64,000 nucleotides of DNA from assembly GCA_036172245.1 (NCBI GenBank), contig JAYWIR010000022.1, positions 1,240,001 through 1,304,000 of the forward strand, read 5' to 3'. Source of the stretch: Raillietiella orientalis. Taxonomy: Eukaryota. Below the pieces are notes generated by a model, which did no database searches, was not told the origin of the DNA, and saw only the letters and a list, made by a program, of their open reading frames with translations. Every line of letters starts with the position of its first letter. The first letter of the stretch is position 1. Shown here in pieces: positions 54,031-64,000 of the stretch. The position numbers were made by a program, and so were the translations under genes.

Positions 54031-55766
54031 TTAACCTGTTGGGGAAGTGATTCTTTTTCCAAAGTCTGCCTGCGAAAACGAATAGATACGTCAAACGCGC
54101 AGCAAATATCGTAATTCCCGTGAAAAAAAAACAAAAAACAAAAATTTATTCATAAAAATTTCCTTATTGTACAGAAAATAAGAAACTCCATACATAAGAA
54201 AAATGAAAACACTCATGAGAAATCCAATCTGATTTTGCAGCATGATATTGCTCATAGCAAGATACGACACAAAGTGACACCTCACAGGTCAAACACCAAC
54301 ATCGACTTTCCTTACGAATGCCATTTTTTGAACACCACACGATCCATCTTCGCGGTGTTTTTGGTAACGTGGATGGTATAAAATTTGGAAAGTGTTTTCC
54401 GATGAGAGGTATAGCCTTGGCAGTTGGTCGACCAGCTGTCACAGTTCCTCGAGCTGAAGATTCCTCAGTAATTTGTTCGAGCCAAAAATTGAATCGATTT
54501 CATTTTCCATTGTCTTTTTCATATAATAAATAGGCATTCGAGCACATGAAGTCTAAAAGATGGAGAAATATTTTCATCCTGCAATACTTCTTTAACCTCT
54601 CTCTTGCCACAGTATACGCTGCAATTGTACCACCGCTTCTGTCCACTCCACCCACTTTTCTTTTCCACAGTCAACAACCACTCCAAGCTCCCCTTTCACA
54701 ACACCTCGTTTCTCTGTTTCCATCGTATTGGCGCCATGTATCGTACTGAGGAACAGTACATCCCCTTTGTCCCGTTACTTCAATAACGTGATTTTGTTGT
54801 CACATCTTGCAAAGCACTGACCTTCCTTTGGACGAGTTGTTTTTATATCTTCAGGAGTGCCAAGTCTCTGCTGTCTCAATGTACCAATAACGTCTGTCTT
54901 GCAAGTACATAGTTTCTGTGCGAGTTCCATACTCGTGTACCAGTTATCCCAATAGAATTTCCATCCCTGGCCTAAGAGGTCATGAGAAAGTTCAAGCACG
55001 ATGCGAGTCGCGGTCTTCTACTGAGGGCAATGTTGACCACCATCTTTATTTCTGCCGTTGTATGCACAGAAATTCCAAGTCGGTCCAAATTGGCTTTCGC
55101 ATAAGTCGAAACATTTTTATTCCAAAACGACTCCTTTTAGAGGGTATATGTATACTGTTTCCGAGACAATCGCCCTTTCCATAAGAAAAAGGATCCATCA
55201 ACACAAATGAAGATATTTGCATATTCGGGAATACATAAGGATTTGCATTCATGTTGGATATTTTTCCAAACAGCTTCAGTTTTAGAAATTCTGCTTCTTG
55301 AAGTCACGTTTTGGCCATCTTCAAAACGGGAAGACTAAAATTACGCTTATATCTTACACAGATCTCCAAAACGAATCGTTTGAAGCCTTAACTGAGGAAA
55401 GTAATTGAAGCTTTCGTTGAGGAACATTATTATTTTCCTCAACCGGAGCTTCAGTTGTGTGAAAACTATGTAAACAAATCCAGGATGTAAAAAGAAGAAG
55501 GATTTTTGGTTTGGTTGGCATACCCTGCAAAAATGCTTTGATAAAAAAAGGAATAAGGTCATGGCACAGTGCAGTGCTGATCAGAATACATGCAAAATCC
55601 GCAAATGAATGAGATTTTTATTTCAAGTTTCCACTAAAATTTCGTATTTTGATGGCAAGGCGTACTTTTTTTTCCCCCCCACGGCGCGCATATATTCGTC
55701 AAACGCACCCCAAAGGCGCCTTTGCAAAACGAATGTGTACGTCGGACTCGCTGCTTAACGGGTTAA
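54031..55766 (-). mobile_element. Defective piggyBac (PGBD4-like) DNA transposon in a NAGA intron
   Basis: TTAA at 54031-54034 and 55763-55766, with termini reading TTAA-CCTGTT and TTAA-CCCGTT inward. Minus-strand transposase remnants with frameshifts and stops: ICVDGSFFLWKGRLSRKQY / IPSKRSRFGIKMF, YWDNWYTS...IGTLR, and the Cys-rich end RKESRCWCLTCEVSLCVVSCYEQYH. The element is ~1.73 kb and the N-terminal part appears deleted. Confidence 0.88.
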
Positions 55767-56210
55767 CGGAATGGCTTGGAATCTTCCAGCAGCCGAGTGC
55801 CATCGGATAAAGTAAAATCAGTCGCTTACTAAAAGAACTCGAGGCGAATTCCAAAAAAGTAAAACTCTACACCGAAATGAAGTCAAAGTAACACCGTTAC
55901 CGAAGCCAAGGCAACCTCAAAAAGTCAGTCAAGATGAGGATATATATCGCACAGCTGAGACACCGGAATAGCACTTTTCTGTAAAAATCCTCGGTAGATG
56001 AACAGCAGTTTATTTTCACTTGTGTCTTTCATGCCTACTTTCTATCCTAGTGACGTTGCGGTTCTGTTTGATCGCACTTCCTTTGAATAGCGTGGCAAAA
56101 GCTCTTTGGCTTTTTGATATCAGTTCTTAGTGAATAAGAGACAATGACAGACCACCAATTCCACAAATACAACATCAATAAATTTATATTGCACAATTTT
56201 GAGAACGTAC

Positions 56211-56372
56211 CATATCCGGATCATTCCAATGCCCTGGTCCAGCTACAGGTACTAATGTATCTTGTAATTCTGCATAATGGTTCATGATCGATTTGACACT
56301 ATTCCAGGAATCATCTATATCAACGAAATTCCTCCACAGATTGCAGGTGCGAGAAATGTCTTGATAGTTAGG
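56211..56372 (-). CDS. NAGA: NAGA exon carrying the acid/base Asp
   Basis: Acceptor ctattccag| and donor ATG|gtacgt. Encodes PNYQDISRTCNLWRNFVDIDDSWNSVKSIMNHYAELQDTLVPVAGPGHWNDPDM. 162 nt, phase 0 to 0. Confidence 0.95.
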
Positions 56373-56803
56373 CTGGAATAGACACAACCAACACTTCAGT
56401 GACACAATCCAAAACGACAAAGTAGAGGGAAAAAAAGAAATGAAAAATTAAAAAAAAATGTACAATTTTAGTGCGCATATCTACCACTGCAGAATACAAA
56501 CGCTATTATAATCGTTGACACTGCTGCCATCATTATCATCAGTATGTGACAATTATTATTATTTTTTGATAATATCGGATTGCTTGACCCCACGATTATT
56601 CCACAGCTAAATCATTATCATCGCCATGTTCATTTAAAATTCATAGTATTATCATCATTAATATGGCCAAAGAGCTACCAGAGATTTGCCTCGAGAACAA
56701 TCGTAAGCATTACAAAAGCTGGATGGGAAGGACAGAACAGAAAATGAAATCCAAAAAAATAGGCAACTAAAAGAGAAATGTAAAATCTAAATTCGATACT
56801 TAC

Positions 56804-56886
56804 ATTCTTTTGATAAGCAGGCCACGAACAGGAATAAACAATAGGTCTTCCTGTCTGGTTGAGCTCTGTTCCAAATTCAGGGTATC
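56804..56886 (-). CDS. NAGA: NAGA exon carrying the substrate-specificity motif
   Basis: Acceptor atcttag| and donor |gtaagt. Encodes GYPEFGTELNQTGRPIVYSCSWPAYQKN. CSWPAY is the NAGA-type motif, whereas alpha-galactosidase A has CEWPLY. Phase 1 to 0. Confidence 0.93.
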
Positions 56887-57366
56887 CTAAGATTATCATT
56901 TGTGAAACACACAGTAAGATCATACAGGCACACAGGAATCCGATCTCCTTGGTTACATGCTAGGCCGTTAACATTTCCGAGTCTTTTGAAAAATCAACGC
57001 AAGAGCCCGTTGAACAACCTAGCCGGTTGCAAGCAACTAAATCCGATGCTTCATCATGTTTGCATCATCGCCACGCTGTTGCATTACACGCTATTGATTA
57101 GAATATGGGATTTTCGGTGTTTTTATCATCGTACGTCTTGTCTCGATTGGCATCAAGGAGAAAACTCCAAACGCGGAATTTTTCGATAAGGAAGGAGTCG
57201 CAATTGATCCGAGATGCTGATGCTGCAACGAATTGTGCGACACGAACCAGGCGGCTCCCCAGGGATAGGGAAGCACCACCATTCAACAGACAAACAAGCA
57301 AACAAATCCGTGGACTGGCAGAGTCGCAATTCCTTCTGGAGGTAAGGCGACAACTGTTCCACTTAC

Positions 57367-57541
57367 CACTGTTTTGCTCTTCTTCCGTGGAGTAGCATCC
57401 ATCAAGTTTTACGTAATCCACTTCCCATTCTGCAAACGTCAAGGCATCAGTCTTCAGATACCCTTGTGTCCCCGGGAATCCAGCACAGGTTTGGCTTCCA
57501 AAGTCCGCATAAATTCCATATTTCAATCCCAAGCTATGGAA
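57367..57541 (-). CDS. NAGA: Alpha-N-acetylgalactosaminidase (GH27), first exon found in the window; contains the catalytic nucleophile
   Basis: Acceptor ctgttgcag| and donor G|gtaagt. Encodes [58 protein letters not shown], with GH27 motifs H.LGLK.GIY and DY.KLDGC. Phase 0 to 1. Confidence 0.95.
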
Positions 57542-60500
57542 CTGCAACAGCGAACAATTTTGTTTTCACGAGCTACCAAACACATAGGTTGTGCTGTAGA
57601 GCGATTGCTATCCAACCAAGTGTACATTGTCTTAGCAACATTCTCTCTTAAACATTCTCAAGAGAAATTCAGTTTAAATTACAAACCTTCAAACTCCCTA
57701 TGTTATAGCAGGAAAAAAAAAAAAAATGAACTATCAAGTATCTACTCGGAGGCTATGATTTCCAACAAATTCTAACAAACGCGAAACGCAAATTGAGGTG
57801 TGCTCACTAGAAGACTTTTCTTATTGCTCGTTCGGATGTCTCACGCCCACATGAAATCATACTTCCTTCATCAGGATCTTTGATGTAGTGGGATTATCAC
57901 GAAACTCCTCCGATCTCTGACGAAGGACCCACACGATCTGCCCACTGTGTTATAAGCAATTTGTTTGGAAATCACAGCCCATCATCAAAAAAAAAAAATT
58001 GCTAATTTATAAAATAACTTGATCAATGATAACGGTTAATAATCACAAACAATTATGACGAAAATAGTTGTCAACGATATGATGGTCGCTTGTCAATTTC
58101 ATAATTAATGAATGACAAACACCGCCATTGATCAAGTTTTGTGTGGTACCACTCAGGCTACAATTTTTCCCAACGCTTCCCAGAAACCGGAAGCAAAACA
58201 CCTAATTGCTGAGTGCTTTGCATCAGTTCCCCGTTCGACAGCATTAATCAGCTGGAGATAAATGTGCTCTCCCCTTCCATCTGATGCCCAGGAAGCATCG
58301 GTAACGTACGCTCTTGGAAACGGATCGCCAGAAGAATGAAACGAAAGCATCAATGAAAGCGGAATTCGCCTCGTAAGAAAGGCAAACGCAGAGTATGGAA
58401 AGTATCCCATAATTAGTAAGAGCGTTTAAAACCGGATCAAAGGAATACGAAAGAAACAGCGTGTGCAGTGTATTCAGTCGAATTTCGGGATATATACAAC
58501 GAAGAGAACAGGAGAGGTAATTCCTATTGAAACGTTGCATAAGTACGGTCGCTGAAAGCGTCACAGACGAAATAATTTTCGCGAAAAGTATTTCCAGTTA
58601 TTGAAGTGGGAACTGCTTGGCACACTCGAAATTCCAATTAGGTAGAAACTTGATTCCTGTTAATAAAAACACCCTGCCAGATGATACACTCTGTATTTAC
58701 ATGGAGAAGCATGGAGTCTTAAAATTACTTACAAAAAAAAAAAAAAAACGATCAGTGCATCTATTGAGTTTCCTGACAGATTTGAAATGAAAATTTTGAT
58801 GAAATGGATGAAAGTTAATATGAATTTTTTTTTTTTTTCAACTAGAAATTCACTCATATGCAAGCTCAGTAGGAATTAATGTAAACATACGTTTTTTTAT
58901 GACTGAATTGAGAGTCGAAAACGAAAATTATTATCTGCTTATTTGATTCCATAAACTTTCAAATACGATCCTAGATTGTACCCAAAAAATAATGACTATT
59001 AAAAAAGAAGAGCAAAAAAATTGTTAAAATGAAAAGAACAAACGCTGTGAGATAAAAAAAACAAAATGTTTGTTTTGCTGGAAACTTTAAGAGTGGACGT
59101 TGAGATAACATGTAGAAGGAGATCCATATCACTATGAGCAAAAGCCTCGGATGAGCTTGCTCGATGCATGCTCCACCAAATGGACCATGAGCTGGTACGA
59201 ATTCTACCTGAAGATGAACCATCAGATCTATCGACAGATCAGAAGATCTAAATAAATACAAGGAAACGAATGAGCAACGTAACAAATAAAAGTGATTTAG
59301 CAATACCATCATTTGAGAAGGAGAATAAAATCTCCCACGAAGACAACTTGTGTGATGTAGTAAATGAATTTAAAAATTGCTCGAGCATCGCAAAACTCTC
59401 TTCGCTTTCTGCTGATGACAGTTTTTAAGGACCAATATTGGATGGCAAAAAGATCCGCGCTGCTCTGCAGCTTTGTGATTTTTTTATTCGAAAATAAAGT
59501 AGGGAGACAAGACGTCTCACTAGAAAGGCGGAAAAACAGAAACTGAGTTCAAGTCTCGCCGAACACACTAAGATGGTAACTATCTGAACCATTACAGTGG
59601 TGGAACACAGAAACCAAACCAGTCCTAGGCGAGTAAAGGAATAGTAGATCAATCAAGACGATAGGCAAAAGGAGGCTGTTATTGCAGTATACTTCCAAAC
59701 TTACTTGAATCAACTATCTAAGGCAAATCAGCACAGCAAAATAGAAGGCTTGGTGTCCCGTTAGACGCAAGAGTACATTTCTTCAAAGGTCAAACGACCA
59801 TGGTCCTTATGAAAAACCAACCAAACCATAACTAAATCTAGCAGGCCTGTCAGGATTTTCGAAGTGTAGAATATGTAGTGATTTTCTTTAGGGTAAGTGT
59901 GAATCCCATTTTTGCCGATCAATATTACAATGATCAGCAAAAATGAGAAGACGGCTCCCCTAAACAACCGCGAAATATCCGTTAATTACTTTATTATTAA
60001 ACGTGCACCATTAAACCGGTCACTGTAATAAAGGCAAAGAAGATTGTGCAACCGGTTCAAAATGCGGCGAAATCCACCTTCTACGGATCCATGAATCGCG
60101 TTTGCTTCCCACTGAAATCAAATGCAATTACGCGAAATTTCACTAAGATGATGCTGGCAACACTGAGGTGCTCCTTCAGTCCTCTGCAGATGGTTATTTC
60201 CTCTTGAGATTCTTGCAATCATTCGCGCCTTCTTAATCGACATAACGATATCAATGCCTGGGGGAACGTGATTCGTTTCATTGAAACACCATCTGTTTAA
60301 CTGATTAAATACAGCTTATACAATCGTCCAAGATTTTCTACAAAGCAAAAATTAATTATAGCTAGCAGCTTAATTAATGAAGACGAGAAAAGACATAAAG
60401 GCAATCTCTAACAAAGACCTACTATTACGGTAACCACAGAATAAAGAAAAGAGATGGAGATTTCGAGATGCAGAAGATCCATATCTTCATTTTCAGTCAT

Positions 60501-60899
60501 TTGTTCATTCAATAAAAGCAGAATAATAAAAGCATGAAACCGAATGTCGTTTACAAGAGGTCCATCGCACACCACACCAGCATCCAATGTCTCCCTGAAG
60601 GTCCCAAACAAACAACCAATATAATTTACTGAAGCGTTCAGCTTGAAAAGCAGCAATTGCTCTGCTCTACTGATATGAACTCCAGAACCGATAAACTCAG
60701 TTTCTAATAGATACAGCGACCTCAAAAATCATTTAGCTCAATTAGAAAAGATTAATTAACGAAAAAATAGGGAGGAGACAGGAATCTGAGAAAAGCATGA
60801 TTTGCGAGGTTGGATATTAGCGAAAGTCTTTGTGAAATAAGAAAACACAGAGCAGACTGCATACAGACTAAACACAACGGCGAATGATAAAATTAAGTA

Positions 60900-62300
60900 G
60901 TTGGAATTAACGAATGCTCTGTCTTGGTAAACAGCGAGAACTTATGGCTGAAAGACAAAGTTCCTCAACGCGCCTTTTACTCCCATTTTTCCTCCACTTG
61001 AGATGGTCAGGTAATTTTGAAGTGAAACTCCGGAACCACCTTGGAACATGCAAAATAGGAAATTCCCAAATCCAAGTTGCATTCCCATTCAACAAAAGCT
61101 CTCGATATTCCACATTGTGACAGATCTGACTTAAAGATCGTTTCCTCCCTAATCTAAACTCGCTTGAAAGCTTCTCCATTTTCGATCGAGGATATGTTCG
61201 TGTTTCCATCCAGACGTCAATGTGCAGTGATTCTGTGCAAGAGTTGGAAATCTGAGCTTCTGCCATCCTGTGCTCACAGATCTTCGTGTGTCTCCTTCCA
61301 GGAGTGGATTTTAGGAAAACTTCTTCGATATCCTGCTGCCCCTTGATTCTTACTTTATCCAGAAGCTTTTTCAAAACTTGCACTCTGGCAACCAGTGATG
61401 GGAGCAGCGTATTTCATTTCTTTTCTTTGAGTTCCCCAGCCGGACGAGTAAATTTCCAAAATGTTCCAAAACAGCACCGTGTTTTGTGGCTCGCGCCTCA
61501 GGGCTACCATTCTGGTCGGCATTACAGTCTACAGGCGATCCAGAATCACAGCAATGCACAGGAACTTCTCAAGTTCTTTCTGAGTTTTTTAGTATACATT
61601 TTGATAAACGCTCCTTAGTTTATTAGGCTATCCATTGAATTTTCAGCAAAGCAAATATATTTTATGTGGTTATCTTCGGAGCTCTTCAATCTTCTCGTCC
61701 TGCCTTCCGCAGATGTAGGAAGCAAACTTGAAACAAAATCCATATAATTCATTGAATAAGCATGTTTCTGGAGGAGACAAGAGGTACACTATTTCCGGTC
61801 TGTGGAAAACTGGATCTGCATTAGCCAGATCCAGCAACAGCAATTGATCTTCCTGGTAAACTATGCGCACCAACAAGCAAAATGAGCTTTTCCCAAATAA
61901 GCATTTAAAAAAAGCATCATCTGTCATTAAAAATGGCAAGAAGATTCAAGTTTATAGATTTCCGGCAATGCTTCTCTAAATGACTTTCTCAAATGATTCT
62001 GAATCCAATCATTGACGATCTTCGTTCGGAAGCAACACCATTGGTTCGCATATTTATTTATCGATAGTATCTGTTTTCTTTTATGTGAGTCTGCCGCTGT
62101 GATTCTTTTATAATTCCGGAATTTGGAAGAATTCGAAACTGCACTCTATTATGAGGAACGCGTTTCCGTATCGAACTGAATCCAAGGCATTTGCTAGACT
62201 TTCACTTTCTAAAGAATTCCCCATTTCTAAGATACAGAATCACCAACTGCACGAGCCTTCTGCGTAATATTCCTTGGTACTCCTTCACACAGTAGAAGCA
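60900..62300 (-). mobile_element. Possible highly decayed non-LTR reverse-transcriptase remnant
   Basis: LLLLDLANADPVFH (ORF 61670-61939) and LANALDSV (about 62170-62200) resemble the RT motif LDLANAF.SV.H. No other motif could be confirmed. Confidence 0.25.
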
Positions 62301-64000
62301 TTGTGATGACTGAAAGAATAAACATTGTCCAAAGGAGAGCAGTGTTACCACCTCTTCCTGGTTTCTTCCTTGTCGTCTAAGTTACCACTACCGTCCTCTG
62401 CCAATCTCCATTACCAAAAAGTATTCATACACTCCTCACTGTAGTAAACAAGCAACAGTGATTATTTCTATAAACTTTAATACTGGTTGCCTATCGCAAC
62501 TAATGAAGAGAAACCTGCTTGAAGACAGCTTAAAAAATGCCAACCAGCACCTGAACATTTTAAACTGTATCATTTTCTCATTTGCTACTCCATCTCTGCT
62601 TGTTTAAGACGAATTTCTGTAGGATCACTCTAGACCAGCACTTGTATTTCTTCGAATTTCGTCTTTTTTTTGTATTTATGTCAGTCATGTTTTACGTACG
62701 AGCCTTCTGCAACTGTAATTTTTTTAGTTTTTAAGTCTTGATTACCCAGAATGGGAATGCATCACCTCATTCCACATCTGAGATTCGTAGCCATTTTCCA
62801 AATAAACAGCGTTTTAGCTCACAACTGCGTTCCATTCCTTGTTCTTAGTTTTGAAATAGTTTTCCCTGGTCACGAAACAGGACCCCCTCAATGGTCGCTC
62901 ACAGAGTCTCTATTCCGTTCCAGTTCTCAGACACCTTTGCTACTTTGACCTTTTTTTTTTCCCGTCAAATGCTGGAATTACCTGTTAAAAACTCTTACTT
63001 GATTCATGAGCTCATTCAATTGTTCTATAGGTACTTCATTGCAAGAGATTTATGAACTAATTAACATTCATCACAAATGCGATCAGATTTCTCTATTTAG
63101 ACGGAGATACAGCTATTGAACCTTCAACATGCATTCATGGTTTTTACAAACTCAGAACGAATTCATCTAATAAGTAAGCATCCATTTATAATCTACCAAC
63201 TGGAAATGTCATCTACAGGCCGGACAGGAATCAGTGCTCAAGAAAGATACCCGCCGAAACTTCGTTAAAGTATGTTGAGACAACATATCCATATCAACTT
63301 CGATGACGAACGCGTTAACGAATGTAAACAAAACAGTCAGAAACGCAAAACAAGAAATGATTACATTACAAAGGGAAATTTGTCACAGCATCATTTACTT
63401 CCCGAAACGATGCACCAGGTAATAAGAAAAGCTGCTATCACATTACGAATCACTTATGCTAAAATAAACCACATCCACTGAGGAGGCTGCACGAAAAAAG
63501 GAATGGAGCAATGTCTTCACTGCCTTATAACTACGCGGAAAGTTGAAGAATTTACTGAATCCAAAAGAGGCAATAATCTAAAAGAAGCATCCTTAATCGC
63601 ATGAACTGAGCATCTTCTGGTCGCTCGATGCAAAAGAGAAATAAGCAAATAGTGCAAACAGCTCAGGAAACGAAAAAAATTCTGAAATTCAAGAGAATCA
63701 CCAAACAAAACGGGAAAACTGAAATCAATACTACGAAATGGACTTTTATACGCATGGTCCATTAAAGAAACTGCTGCAAAAATCTAAACAAAGCTGAAAT
63801 ATAAGGTTGAGGAGCATCATGAAGAGCAAATCATTCAATCATTCAGTAACGTAATTACTAGTATTAAACTATCAGCAAACAAGCAATACAAAGAAAAGTT
63901 ATAACCACTTTGCAAACCCTCTGACTAATTCAGGCTTACAGCTTTAAATTTAGAACTTTGAGGACATTAGACATAAAATCTCATATCTCCAGATCTTTTC

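Noticed and set aside
57542..64000. 5' NAGA exons (signal peptide, LDNGL/PPMGW, IDDCW motifs)
   Set aside because: Not found by manual reading and presumably beyond the window end. ORF 58153-58410 has no GH27 motif.

Overview
Eukaryotic, most likely arthropod, genomic DNA with GT-AG spliceosomal genes and no prokaryotic features. Two convergent multi-exon genes can be reconstructed with consistent splice phases. (1) On the + strand is a three-Ig-domain cell-adhesion gene of the DIP (Dpr-interacting protein)/lachesin-like family, with six supported exons from 13946 to 38791; its signal-peptide and terminal exons are unresolved. (2) On the - strand is a GH27 alpha-N-acetylgalactosaminidase (NAGA-type), with seven exons from 57541 down to 44717; its 5' exons were not found in the window, and it appears to carry an unusual ~105-aa Ser/Thr/Pro/Asn-rich C-terminal tail. 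Between the two 3' ends lies a near-perfect 186-bp foldback. The introns hold a dead TTAA-flanked piggyBac, decayed fragments of non-LTR retrotransposons with a restriction-like endonuclease (RLE), a tRNA-SINE-like head joined to a hairpin-forming minisatellite, an 86-bp tandem repeat and several perfect hairpins. Base composition shifts visibly from GC-rich on the left to AT-rich on the right. Nearly all ORFs in the supplied track appear spurious. I see no demonstrably new system; the best leads are the foldback, the NAGA tail and the structured repeats.
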